A DNA stretch of 64,000 nucleotides from an uncultured bacterium (GTDB taxonomy: Bacteria > Patescibacteriota > Minisyncoccia > Phycocordibacterales > UBA11359). The position numbers and the translations under genes were made by a program. Numbering within the stretch: the stretch's first letter is position 1; every line of letters begins with the position of its first letter. Under the pieces are notes generated by a model. The model was not told the DNA's origin, did not search any database, and worked only from the letters and a program-made list of their open reading frames with translations. This document shows, one piece after another, positions 26,336-35,437 of the stretch. The stretch covers positions 14,914-78,913 of the forward strand of contig CAIKZC010000010.1 in assembly GCA_903831815.1 (NCBI GenBank). Direction: 5' to 3'.

Positions 26336-27860
26336 ATTCAGATACTTCGGCAGTGGTGAGCGTAAAATGGGAGCGCGCCGCAGGCGCGCTGTAGGGTGAG
26401 AGGGAGGATTTCCCCTTGCGGGTGCGGACGAAAATGGAGGGCGGGCAAAATGAGATTGAGATAGTTTTGTCTTTTAGCGCGGGGTTCGTTCCAAAAGAGC
26501 GGAGAAAATCTCTCATCTCATGGAGATTTTCGCCCGTTGCCAGAAACCCCGCGCGTTTTGAATCCAAAATCCATTTCCGCAGGGGTTCGACCCAATTCTT
26601 TCTCTCGGCTCGGGCAGATGAAGATTTTGCTTGAAGCGAAAGTTTTTGACGCATGAGTGCGTCTTTTTTGGTCAAATATATCTCGCGCTCAATATCTTGG
26701 TTTAAGTACAAATCAACAAGTGCGTCTAACTTCGCTTCAAGAGTCTTCAAATCTTCCTTCATCTGCCCGAGACGATTTCCCGAAGCGTTGATTTCATCGT
26801 GCTCAAATTCTCCAACTTTTTTGAGCATATAATCTGCCCACGCTTCGGGAAACGACACTGATTGAAGCTGTTCCTTTATTTGGAGAGCGAGCGCACCTTC
26901 CTGCAAATATCCCTGACTACATTTTCCTTTCTTTTTCGTGCAACGATAATAGCGATACCTCCCGCCCATTTTTCCAGTACACCATTGAGCAGTAATCATA
27001 GAGTCACATTCGCCGCAACGAAAAAGACCGGTGAAAGGAAAATTGTGGGATATTTTGCTATGCCTCGGATGCGCTCGCTCCTCCAATCTTTTCTGTACAG
27101 CTTCAAACAGGGTCGGAGAAAGAATCGGTGCAAAGCTTCCGGGAAAAAATTCCCCATGATGTTTGGTGAAGCCGAGATACGCTCGATTGGTCAATATTCT
27201 TTTCACGGAAGCTTTGCCAAGTGGCGTTCCGGACTTTTGTGCTACACCGTGGAGAGCCAAAAACTGCGACAACGAAACTAGGGTATGTGAACCTTTTACA
27301 TATTCTTCATATGCTCGAACAATGATTTTAGATTTCACTGGATCAGGCTCTATGTTACGCGTAACGGGATTGTTCACATACCCGAATGGAGCCCGAGTCA
27401 ACCACTCTCCTCGTCGCAGTTTTTGGCGCATACCTCGCTCAACGTTTTGCTTTAAGTTGTCAGAATAATACTTACTTTGTCCGAACGCCACTTGAAGCAT
27501 AAAGAGACCATGCGGAGTTGGCTCAAACCAAAATGTCGGAAAGCGCAAAGAGACTATTTTAGAAGTGTCGACGGCATAAATGATGCGTCCACCGTCAATG
27601 CTGTTTCTGGCTAGACGGTCGGGGTGCCAGGCGAGAATTCCAACATTACCGACTTTCTCAATTTTAAGCATCATTTTGCCGAACACTTCTCTTCCGGGGC
27701 TCTTGGCGCTTTTCGACTCTTGAAATTCCTCAAGGATTTCAAGATTTTCTCTGCTCGCAAATTCACGAAGTTCTACAAGCTGGGCAGGAATGCTCATGAC
27801 TTGCTTGTCGTCATCTTCAGTACTCTTGCGAGCATAGAGAAAATATTTTGGTTTGTTCAT
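26322..27860 (-). CDS. Large serine recombinase (512 aa) of the IS-like element
   Basis: YARKSTEDDD catalytic-serine motif; resolvase + recombinase domains; zinc ribbon CGECDSM...YYRCTKKKGKC; coiled coil; last ~45 codons lie inside the left inverted repeat. Confidence 0.75.
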   Translation of the reverse strand: MNKPKYFLYARKSTEDDDKQVMSIPAQLVELREFASRENLEILEEFQESKSAKSPGREVFGKMMLKIEKVGNVGILAWHPDRLARNSIDGGRIIYAVDTSKIVSLRFPTFWFEPTPHGLFMLQVAFGQSKYYSDNLKQNVERGMRQKLRRGEWLTRAPFGYVNNPVTRNIEPDPVKSKIIVRAYEEYVKGSHTLVSLSQFLALHGVAQKSGTPLGKASVKRILTNRAYLGFTKHHGEFFPGSFAPILSPTLFEAVQKRLEERAHPRHSKISHNFPFTGLFRCGECDSMITAQWCTGKMGGRYRYYRCTKKKGKCSQGYLQEGALALQIKEQLQSVSFPEAWADYMLKKVGEFEHDEINASGNRLGQMKEDLKTLEAKLDALVDLYLNQDIEREIYLTKKDALMRQKLSLQAKSSSARAERKNWVEPLRKWILDSKRAGFLATGENLHEMRDFLRSFGTNPALKDKTISISFCPPSIFVRTRKGKSSLSPYSAPAARSHFTLTTAEVSECDPR

Positions 27861-28021
27861 ATATATGTTTTGGATTCAAAAAAGGAAACTATCTCAATCT
27901 CATTTTGCCCGCCCTCCATTTTCGTCCGCACCCGCAAGGGGAAATCCTCCCTCTCACCCTACAGCGCGCCTGCGGCGCGCTCCCATTTTACGCTCACCCC
28001 TGCCGAAGTATCTGAATGTGA
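26333..28021. mobile_element. Compact IS-like element: one large serine recombinase gene bounded by ~135-bp near-perfect terminal inverted repeats
   Basis: Reverse complement of 26333..26467 matches 27886..28021 almost perfectly (1-2 mismatches seen by eye); the repeats are far more GC-rich than flanking DNA, carry an internal palindrome GCGCGCCGCAGGCGCGC, and enclose only the recombinase. Confidence 0.65.
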
Positions 28022-28070
28022 TCTAATTGTATCCTTTGGAAAAAAGTTCGTGCAAAGGATACAATTAGAT
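28021..28070. terminator. Perfect 18-bp-stem hairpin (ATCTAATTGTATCCTTTG...CAAAGGATACAATTAGAT) abutting the right element end; likely terminator of the downstream minus-strand methyltransferase gene and/or insertion target
   Basis: Perfect inverted repeat with 14-nt loop, located between IRR and the stop of 28091..29023. Confidence 0.45.
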
Positions 28071-28090
28071 CACCGCGTCATTTTATTTTT

Positions 28091-29023
28091 CTATTTTACC
28101 AAAGCATATACAATGCCCGGTTTTTCTATGATGCTGTAATTTTTGTTATATTTTAATATCAATTCCCTTATTTTCTCTCCGTCACCCTTATTGTGATATG
28201 TGCAGATTGAAAGTTTCGGCGCAAATTTTTCGAGAGTGATTTTGGCGCCCTCAAGAGCTTTTAATTCCGCTCCTTCAATGTCCATTTTAATAAAATCAAT
28301 TTGAGATAATTTTTCTTTTATTACAAAATCATCGATCGTGGTCATGTTTTCATGAGTTTGAACTCCGCAAAAAAGCGGGACAATGGTAATTCGCGTACCA
28401 TTCAATTCTTTGATTAATTCTATTGGTCTGGCGTTTATTGGATCAGGTTCAAATGCAAAAACATTCTTCGCACCTTTAGCCGAACAAACTGCGGAAAAAT
28501 CGCCGGGTCCGGCACCAATATCAAAAACGACGTCACCTGGCTTGATGTTCACTTCATCAAAAAAATACGTAAAACCGTGGGCTACGAGATGCGAGTATTT
28601 AAAACCTGGTTCAATTCTGCCAATATTGTCTTTCCAATATATTAGTCTGGAATATTCTTTTTTTAGTGAAGAATAAAAGACTTCGTTTTGTTGATCGTTG
28701 TAAATGAATTTTTCGGCGTGCGGAATTAAAACATTGAACATTGAATCCGCGATCACTTTGAAAGGGATTTTAATGCCGGCAAAATCATAATATTCTCCAT
28801 TCTTGTATTTATGCCAAATTTTATTGAATTTGCGACAATTTCGATCGTATTCAACATAATCTTTTACACCATTTATGATGTTTTTTGGATCAACTTTTAA
28901 AATATGTATGATTCTCTTGATCCATCGATAGCTGGGGCTGGGTAAATAGTATAAAAAATGAAGAACTTTGGATTTGGCCAATTTCGGACGAATTTTATTT
29001 AGAAATTTCTTTAATGAATGCAT
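28091..29023 (-). CDS. FkbM-family methyltransferase
   Basis: DIGAGPGDFS SAM-binding motif and MDIEGAELKALEGAKITLEKFAPKLSICTYH. Confidence 0.65.
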   Translation of the reverse strand: MHSLKKFLNKIRPKLAKSKVLHFLYYLPSPSYRWIKRIIHILKVDPKNIINGVKDYVEYDRNCRKFNKIWHKYKNGEYYDFAGIKIPFKVIADSMFNVLIPHAEKFIYNDQQNEVFYSSLKKEYSRLIYWKDNIGRIEPGFKYSHLVAHGFTYFFDEVNIKPGDVVFDIGAGPGDFSAVCSAKGAKNVFAFEPDPINARPIELIKELNGTRITIVPLFCGVQTHENMTTIDDFVIKEKLSQIDFIKMDIEGAELKALEGAKITLEKFAPKLSICTYHNKGDGEKIRELILKYNKNYSIIEKPGIVYALVK

Positions 29024-29078
29024 ATTAGGTGGATGATAACACGCTTTACTTTTATATGATATATTTGAATTTAAAGTT

Positions 29079-29690
29079 ATGGATTTGAAATCGACTTATA
29101 ACAGAATAGCCGACGATTGGTTTAGGGATCACAAAGATGATGATTGGTGGCGTGAAGGTACGACAAAATTTATTTCCTATTTACCAAAAAATGCATCTAT
29201 TCTGGATATTGGCTGTGGGTCCGGAATGAAATCAAGATTTCTGGCTGACAACGGTTTCGAGGTTACTGGAATGGATTTTTCCGAAAAAATGATCGAGATT
29301 GCCAAAAGGGAATTGCCGAATATAAACTTTTTTGTTGGTGACGTATATGACATGGATTCATATCCGGAAAAATACGACGCGGTTTTTGCTCAGGCGATGC
29401 TTCTGCATATTCCCAAAAATGATGTCTTAAAAATTTTGGAAAAATTCAAGAATAAATTGAATAAGAACGGATTTCTGTATCTGGCCGTTAAAGAAGTGAA
29501 AAGTGACGGTTTGGCCGAAAAGGTAGTCAAAGAAAACGATTACGGCTATGAGTATGAAAGATTTTTCAGCTTTTTCACTTTGCCGGAAATTATGGAATAC
29601 ATTAACAAACTAGGACTGAAACTAGTTTGGGATGACGTAGCAAATTCCGGTAGAACAAATTGGATACAGGTTATTGCTCAGAATATTTAA
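29079..29690 (+). CDS. Class I SAM-dependent methyltransferase
   Basis: ILDIGCGSGMKSRFLADNGFEVTGMDFSEKMIEIAKREL (motif I and post-I). Confidence 0.7.
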   Translation: MDLKSTYNRIADDWFRDHKDDDWWREGTTKFISYLPKNASILDIGCGSGMKSRFLADNGFEVTGMDFSEKMIEIAKRELPNINFFVGDVYDMDSYPEKYDAVFAQAMLLHIPKNDVLKILEKFKNKLNKNGFLYLAVKEVKSDGLAEKVVKENDYGYEYERFFSFFTLPEIMEYINKLGLKLVWDDVANSGRTNWIQVIAQNI

Positions 29691-29702
29691 AGTGTATAAT
29701 AA

Positions 29703-30137
29703 ATGGGTATGGAACAAATAATTTTACAGGTTGGGGTGAAAATTTTGCTGAAAAATAAAGAAGGAAAATATTTGCTCAATCGTCGAAATCCGAAAAAATA
29801 TCCGGAAGGTGGCGGTCCGAAATGGGATGTTGTTGGCGGCAGGATCGACCCCGGCAGTTCATTGATGGAAAATCTCGATCGTGAAGTAATGGAAGAGACT
29901 GGCTTAAAGATTTTATCCAAACCGGTTTTGGTTGGAGCGCAAGATATTTTGCGATTGCCAGGAAGGCATGTTGTGCGTTTGACTTACACAGGCGATACCG
30001 AAGGTGAACCAGTTTTGAGTGAAGAAAGTTTAGATTTTGGTTGGTTTACTGCTGCCGAGATCAAAGCTATGCCTGAAACCGAATTGGATACTTACGTCAA
30101 AGAATTGATCGACAAAAATTTGTTGCAGATCAGTTAG
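29703..30137 (+). CDS. NUDIX hydrolase
   Basis: Nudix box GGRIDPGSSLMENLDREVMEETGL. Confidence 0.75.
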   Translation: MGMEQIILQVGVKILLKNKEGKYLLNRRNPKKYPEGGGPKWDVVGGRIDPGSSLMENLDREVMEETGLKILSKPVLVGAQDILRLPGRHVVRLTYTGDTEGEPVLSEESLDFGWFTAAEIKAMPETELDTYVKELIDKNLLQIS

Positions 30138-30141
30138 TTTT

Positions 30142-31080
30142 TTACTTCGCGCGGAGGTGAAGGTAGATGTCTTCGAGAGCTTTGGTGCCGTCGCCAGCCG
30201 CGATGTTGTTTTGATGATAGAGACCATCGGTGACGTCTCCGGCCGCCCAGATGCCTTCAGCTGAGGTTTTTTGCGTGCGTGGATCAACGATGATGTGTCC
30301 GGTTTTATTGAGTTCAACAACACCTTTTAGAAAATCGGTATTTGGTAGGGAACCAATCTCGACGAAAATACCGCTGACAGGCAACTCGATATTCTTGCCG
30401 GTATTTTTATCCAAATAGACGATTGAAGTTACAAATTTGTCGCCTTTGATTTCGACGAGCTCGGTGTTGGTGACAGCGCGCATTTGGGGATGAGAAAGCA
30501 CCTTTTTAACGGTGACTTCATCGGCGCGATATTCTGTTCCGCGCTGGATGAGGGTAACACTTTTACAGTAGGCGAGTAGTTGCGCAGCGGATTCAAATGC
30601 AGCATTGCCTCCACCAATCACAGCAACATCCATGGCGGCAAAAAGCGGTCCGTCGCAAGACGCACAATAAGTGACACCTTTATTTTCAAAAGTGGTAGCG
30701 CCTGGAATATTTAATTTACGTCGATTACTTCCAGTTGTAATTAAAATTGTTTTGACTTCGTAAGTATTTTTGGTTGAAGTTATTTTGAAATTTGTGCCGT
30801 TGGTATCATCAGGAATCTTTTCAATTTTCTGGACAAGCTCACCTTCTTTCAAATCCAAAATTCCTTCGGCGTAGGCCAGCAAATGTTTTTTTAAATTTTT
30901 GGCAAAATCTGCTCCGGAAATCGAAGGTGTTCCTATCCAATTCTGAATATCAGTTGAAACCACGCTCTGGCTCTCAAAATCCTTAGTAATAAAAACGGTT
31001 TTAAGTCTTTTGCGCGCAGCATAAACCCCCGCGGCCACACCCGCCGGCCCACCACCCAAAATTGCTAAGTCGTATATCAT
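30142..31080 (-). CDS. trxB: Thioredoxin-disulfide reductase
   Basis: FAD motif GGGPAGVAAGVYAAR, redox-active CASCDG, NAD(P)H motif VIGGGNAAFESA. Confidence 0.85.
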   Translation of the reverse strand: MIYDLAILGGGPAGVAAGVYAARKRLKTVFITKDFESQSVVSTDIQNWIGTPSISGADFAKNLKKHLLAYAEGILDLKEGELVQKIEKIPDDTNGTNFKITSTKNTYEVKTILITTGSNRRKLNIPGATTFENKGVTYCASCDGPLFAAMDVAVIGGGNAAFESAAQLLAYCKSVTLIQRGTEYRADEVTVKKVLSHPQMRAVTNTELVEIKGDKFVTSIVYLDKNTGKNIELPVSGIFVEIGSLPNTDFLKGVVELNKTGHIIVDPRTQKTSAEGIWAAGDVTDGLYHQNNIAAGDGTKALEDIYLHLRAK

Positions 31081-31098
31081 AGTTTAGACATTATATCG

Positions 31099-31214
31099 CA
31101 AAGCACAGAAAAGAGCGACCGAGAGGGGCTCTCGGACGCCGACGGGCGGAGAGTGAGCGCAATTTTCAGCAGAAAATTGACGCGGACCCTCGAGGTGCTT
31201 TTTTCTGTGCTTTG
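31099..31214. repeat. GC-rich structured palindromic repeat, copy a (family of three copies in this window)
   Basis: Perfect 16-18-bp outer stem GCAAAGCACAGAAAAG/CTTTTTTCTGTGCTTTGC enclosing the conserved core GAGGGGCTCTCGGACGCCGACGGGCGGAGAGTGAGCGCAATTTTCAGCAGAAAATTGACGCGGACCCTC. Confidence 0.7.
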
Positions 31215-31221
31215 CTTTAAA

Positions 31222-32439
31222 CTATTTAATCTTTGATCGTCTTAGAAACGCCGGTACTGCGCCCCAGTCATCGTCATGTTCTTCAATCTGTGGTAACTTC
31301 TTGTCATCAGTAATAACCGTAACTTTCGGAGTTTCTTTAACTTCTGCCTTTGTCTCTTTTGGAGTACTAATACTGTTGAAAATTTTACCTCGTTTTTCTT
31401 TTTCCTCAGGTTCTGCTGCTGCAGTGTGGGTAGGGAACAAAGAATGTTTAGCGGTGCCACCCGGGAATCCGGCTGCAACTACAGTCACACGCACTTCACC
31501 TTTTTGCATTCGATCATCGTGAATAGTTCCGAAAATAACTTTGGCGTCACTGTCGATAGATTCGGTAATAATTTTGGCTGCATCCTGAATTTCGTACATC
31601 GTGAGGTCATCACCGCCGGCAATCGAGAAGAGTACACCTTTGGCTCCGTGAATTGAAAGATCAAGAAGAGGAGAATTGATAGCGGCCTTGGCTGCGTCCT
31701 CCGCTCGTTTCTCGCCACTGCCGTTTCCAACACCCATAAGCGCGGAACCGGAGTTTTGCAAAATTGATCGGATATCGGCGAAGTCGATGTTGATAAATCC
31801 AGGGATGGTAATAAGATCGGAAATTCCTTCAACGGCTTGTTTCAAAACTTCATCGCAAGTTGCGAATGCGCTTTTGGCAGTCGTCTCTTTTGTAATGACG
31901 GCAAGTAATCGATCGTTTGGAATGACAATAATGGCATCAACTTCTTTGCGAAGTTCTTCGAGACCTTGTTCAGCCAATCGCATTCGGTGTTGTCCTTCAA
32001 AGAAAAATGGTTTGGTAACAACTGCGATGGTGAGTGCGCCTTGTTCTTTGGCGGTACGTGCAATACCGGGAGCTGCACCGGTGCAAGTGCCTCCGCCGAA
32101 ACCACCGGCGATAAAGACCATGTCTGCGCCTTTCAAAGCTTCCTGAACTTCTTCTTTGGTTTCTTCAACGGCGCGTTTGCCCATGTCCGGATTCATGCCA
32201 GTCCCGAGACCTTTAGTGAGGTTTTTGCCGATGTGAATTTTTTTCTGCGCTAGAGAATTATGTAAATCTTGAGCATCTGTGTTAATGGCAATAAATTCAA
32301 CACCTTTAACTTTGGCGTTGACCATGTGATTGAGGGCGTTTTTGCCGGATCCACCGACACCGACAACCTTTATTCGAGCAAATGTTTGAACTTCTGGTTT
32401 TATTTGTGGCATGTTGTTTGCAGGTCTTTTTGAGGCCAT
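31222..32439 (-). CDS. ftsZ: Cell division GTPase FtsZ
   Basis: Tubulin signature GGGTCTGAAPGIA, VGVGGSGKNALNHM, Lys-rich C-terminal tail. Confidence 0.9.
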   Translation of the reverse strand: MASKRPANNMPQIKPEVQTFARIKVVGVGGSGKNALNHMVNAKVKGVEFIAINTDAQDLHNSLAQKKIHIGKNLTKGLGTGMNPDMGKRAVEETKEEVQEALKGADMVFIAGGFGGGTCTGAAPGIARTAKEQGALTIAVVTKPFFFEGQHRMRLAEQGLEELRKEVDAIIVIPNDRLLAVITKETTAKSAFATCDEVLKQAVEGISDLITIPGFINIDFADIRSILQNSGSALMGVGNGSGEKRAEDAAKAAINSPLLDLSIHGAKGVLFSIAGGDDLTMYEIQDAAKIITESIDSDAKVIFGTIHDDRMQKGEVRVTVVAAGFPGGTAKHSLFPTHTAAAEPEEKEKRGKIFNSISTPKETKAEVKETPKVTVITDDKKLPQIEEHDDDWGAVPAFLRRSKIK

Positions 32440-32538
32440 TGCGCAGTTGGTTAATAAACGTTACCTATTTGCGGTCAATCATAGCAGATATTAAAAAAAA
32501 GCAAAACCCCTTGTACCGGCAGTCTTTTTGTGCTGTAA

Positions 32539-33708
32539 CTAAGGGAGAAATTGTTGAATGAACTTCCAAAGCTTACTGAAATATTCCTTAATTAGACCGT
32601 TGTTGTTGCGCGAATATCCGTTATCGCCGTTTAGACCAAAAATGCACAATCCGTAAGCTACCGACCACATGGAATTTTTAATTTGAGGACGAGTGACGCC
32701 GTCGGCGATAAGGTCGGCAATCCTTGAAGGAAGTTTGAGGGTGTCTTTGGCTTGGTCTTCGATGCTGGTCGTGTCCGATCCGCCACCGGTGATGACGATA
32801 CCGGCCGGCAACATACCGTTGCGATTTATTTTTCGCAAATGCGAATCGATCAGTTCAAAAATATCCGAAAGACGCGCGCCGATAATTTCTTCCAACTTTT
32901 TTCGCGGATATGTACTACCGCCGCTGATCTTAACCTTCTCAGCTTCTTCCAAAGGAATTTTTAATCCGAGCGCGATGTCGTTGGTGATGTCGTTGGAGCC
33001 GATTGGGAAAACTTCGAGAGAGATAGGAATATTGTTTTCAAAAACTACGATCGAAACCGTTTCTGCACCGATGTTAGCCAAGACGACGCCGGCGACTTTT
33101 TGCGCTTTGGTCAAAGTTACGAGGCTTGAAGCGAGCGGTGCGGCCATGACATCTTCAACGATGATGCCAGCTTCGCCGACCGCGGCAATTAAGTCGTTCA
33201 AATGTTGTTCGAGCGCGGAGATAAATAATATCCTTGTTTCCAGCTTTAGACCTTTCATGCCCTGCGGTCGTCCCATCAACGTCTTACCATCGATTCGATA
33301 TGCAATCGGTACGACATTTATTATTTTTCTGTTGAGAGAAAGAGGTCCGGGAATTTCTTGTTCGCAAACTTCCTGAACTTTTTTGACATCAAGATCGGTG
33401 ATCTCAGAATCGCCACGCGAAACCATAACCGCTCCTTGGCTAGTGTAGCCGGTCAGGCCAACGCCACCAACTGCTAAATAGGCTTTTTTGATCTGAACAC
33501 CGGAAGTTTTTTCCGCTTGAGCGGCGGCTTTTCTGATCGAACGCACAACTTCGCTGGAATTCATTATATAACCATGACGCAAGCCTTTTGATTCGGCTAT
33601 GCCGGTACCAATGATTCTTTCTGTTTTTGTTTGAGGATCGCTCTCGGCCACCACCACTTTGATCTGGTAGCTACCAATGTCGATTCCAACTGCGATGTGT
33701 CGTGTCAT
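32539..33708 (-). CDS. ftsA: Cell division protein FtsA (actin-like ATPase)
   Basis: IAVGIDIGSYQIKVVV N-terminus, actin-fold phosphate motifs, GIVITGGGS; immediately upstream of ftsZ. Confidence 0.85.
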   Translation of the reverse strand: MTRHIAVGIDIGSYQIKVVVAESDPQTKTERIIGTGIAESKGLRHGYIMNSSEVVRSIRKAAAQAEKTSGVQIKKAYLAVGGVGLTGYTSQGAVMVSRGDSEITDLDVKKVQEVCEQEIPGPLSLNRKIINVVPIAYRIDGKTLMGRPQGMKGLKLETRILFISALEQHLNDLIAAVGEAGIIVEDVMAAPLASSLVTLTKAQKVAGVVLANIGAETVSIVVFENNIPISLEVFPIGSNDITNDIALGLKIPLEEAEKVKISGGSTYPRKKLEEIIGARLSDIFELIDSHLRKINRNGMLPAGIVITGGGSDTTSIEDQAKDTLKLPSRIADLIADGVTRPQIKNSMWSVAYGLCIFGLNGDNGYSRNNNGLIKEYFSKLWKFIQQFLP

Positions 33709-33720
33709 CTATTAAATTTT

Positions 33721-34098
33721 TTAGACTCGAAATTCTTGACGGAATGTCTGTTCTATACTCTCCATTGTACTACTATGATCGAAACCTTTCAAATGCACTA
33801 AACCGTGGATAACTAGAAAAGCGACGAAATTGTCGAAATCGCGTTCAAATTTTGATGCTTCTTTTTTAGCTTCAGAAAAACAGAGGAAAATTTCACCGGA
33901 ATTTTCGGTCAGGGGGAAGCTCAGGATGTCGGTCGGCTTATTTTTGTTACGAAATCTCTTGTTGATTTGTTTTATTTCGTCGGCATCAACGATTGTGAGA
34001 CTAAGATCGTATTTTTCGCCCAAAATTTTCTCAACCATTTTATCATATGGGTGATTTGGCAGTTTTTCTTTTGTGATATTGGTAATTGTGAGTGACAT
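33721..34098 (-). CDS. ybeY: Endoribonuclease YbeY (rRNA maturation)
   Basis: Zinc-binding HGLVHLKGFDH motif; ~125 aa. Confidence 0.8.
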   Translation of the reverse strand: MSLTITNITKEKLPNHPYDKMVEKILGEKYDLSLTIVDADEIKQINKRFRNKNKPTDILSFPLTENSGEIFLCFSEAKKEASKFERDFDNFVAFLVIHGLVHLKGFDHSSTMESIEQTFRQEFRV

Positions 34099-34148
34099 GG
34101 TTACTTAAAATTTTTTAAAAGAAAACCCTCGAGTGAGGGTTCCTTTGT

Positions 34149-34388
34149 TTAACGTCGTGGAGCTTTTTCGATGATCTTACCGAGCTTGATGAGGCGACGG
34201 GTTTCGGCTTGTCGACCGAGAGTGGCCAGGGTGTGTTTCTTTTTGGTGTATTCCGAAGGCTTGCGAGCTTTGTATCGGTTGGATCGAACTTTGCGCAAAA
34301 CGCCGGCGCTTTGAACACGCTTGGTAAATCGCTTGATCATGTTAATGCTGCTTTCGTTTGGGTTCTTCTCTATTTGTACGTTTATCAT
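34149..34388 (-). CDS. rpsU: 30S ribosomal protein S21
   Basis: MINVQIEKNPNESSINMIKRFTKRVQSAGVLRKVRSNRYKARKPSEYTKKKH matches the S21 pattern (RRFKR...GVL...R...Y.KPS); start chosen at the internal Met inside ORF 34149..34496. Confidence 0.7.
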   Translation of the reverse strand: MINVQIEKNPNESSINMIKRFTKRVQSAGVLRKVRSNRYKARKPSEYTKKKHTLATLGRQAETRRLIKLGKIIEKAPRR

Positions 34389-34550
34389 GTGGAAATACCA
34401 TAGCATAGGGCCATTTTTTTGGCAAGTATGCGAAAAAATCCTATGCATTAAAATTTTTTGTATATAAAAAAGTCCCTCCCACGCGCCTTTGCTCACGTGA
34501 GAGGGAACCGAACTGCCCTAGACCTACGAATGGTCCTCGAACCAAGTCTG

Positions 34551-34841
34551 TTATGCTGCTGGTTTTCGTTCGACTAGTTTTGACCACTTCTCACGATCTG
34601 TCAGAAGTTTATCGATGGAACGATCAAATTCCTCCTGTTCCTCAAACCAATCAGAAGGACAATAGTCATGGAATTTGACCACCCACAGTTTTTTCTTGAA
34701 TACCAACACGTGGGCAAAATATCCTTCGCCTGCTTGAATCCTATGATTGCACTGCGCACAGTCTCCGTGGTCTTTGTGAGCCACGCTTTCAAACCAACGA
34801 AGCATGCGAGGCCTTTTGGGGGCCCTCATGATTTTCATCAT
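34551..34841 (-). CDS. Hypothetical Cys/His-containing small protein
   Basis: 96 aa with HKDHGDCAQCNH and HDYC, possible metal-binding. Confidence 0.35.
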   Translation of the reverse strand: MMKIMRAPKRPRMLRWFESVAHKDHGDCAQCNHRIQAGEGYFAHVLVFKKKLWVVKFHDYCPSDWFEEQEEFDRSIDKLLTDREKWSKLVERKPAA

Positions 34842-34917
34842 TCAAGACCTCCTTTTTGTACTTGTTTCTGGTGTAAATATACTTGGAAAATAACTAATTG
34901 CAAAGAAAAATTTGTAG

Positions 34918-34947
34918 TTGACAAATAGCTAACGAGTATGGTATAAT
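34918..34947 (+). promoter_or_regulatory. Near-consensus sigma70 promoter with extended -10 (TTGACA-18 nt-TGgTATAAT)
   Basis: TTGACA at 34918, TGgTATAAT at 34939..34947, ~55 nt upstream of the ORF beginning 35014. Confidence 0.55.
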
Positions 34948-35013
34948 ATCAGACAGAAAAGTGTCGTATCGTTCTATATCATTTAGTATCCAACCCCTAA
35001 CATGGAGGAACAA

Positions 35014-35418
35014 ATGGGTCAGGAAAGAATAACGAATGAGGATGGTGTTTCAGACACCACGATCAAGGAGTGGGTCACCGAAGCGCGTGTTTCGAGAAAG
35101 CTAACACCGGAGATGTCGAAAGAAGCGCGGCGTGATGCAACGGTAAAGGCTTTCGAGAAGGTGTTGATTAAGCATAACCGATCCCTATTACTATCCAGTG
35201 AAAAGGGACAGCGCTTGAAACATCGCATGCATGTTGAATCAGGATTCCGAGGCGGTTGCGTAACCGCCCGGCGTCGGCAGATTCAGCAAGAGCTTGATGC
35301 GGAAGCTGGTGCGGAGGAGGTTGAAAAAACCCGATCCAAACGCCAAGCGAAGCAACATGCGACAGCGCCAACGCTTGTCTTCGCAAGATCACTCTTCGAT
35401 ACTACGAGGTTGTATTAG
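35014..35418 (+). CDS. Hypothetical highly charged small protein; monocistronic with consensus promoter, GGAGG SD and strong terminator
   Basis: GGAGG-aacaa-ATG; 134 aa, Lys/Arg/Glu-rich; GC above neighbouring genes. Confidence 0.45.
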   Translation: MGQERITNEDGVSDTTIKEWVTEARVSRKLTPEMSKEARRDATVKAFEKVLIKHNRSLLLSSEKGQRLKHRMHVESGFRGGCVTARRRQIQQELDAEAGAEEVEKTRSKRQAKQHATAPTLVFARSLFDTTRLY

Positions 35419-35437
35419 AAACCAACTTCAATAAGCA

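Larger units (their letters stand above)
9046..28070. mobile_element. Putative integrated mobile/accessory region (or mosaic of several) inserted beside tRNA-Glu; boundaries approximate
   Basis: Three large serine recombinases, HUH Rep, P-loop replication-type NTPase, XRE regulators, iteron-like repeats, GC-anomalous cargo; begins exactly at the tRNA-Glu 3' end; housekeeping genes resume after ~28.1 kb. Confidence 0.4.

Noticed and set aside
27624-28139. 171-aa plus-strand ORF
   Set aside because: It is largely the translation of the right inverted repeat of the recombinase element, giving the same peptide as the recombinase C-terminus read from the left repeat; it is an inverted-repeat artefact.
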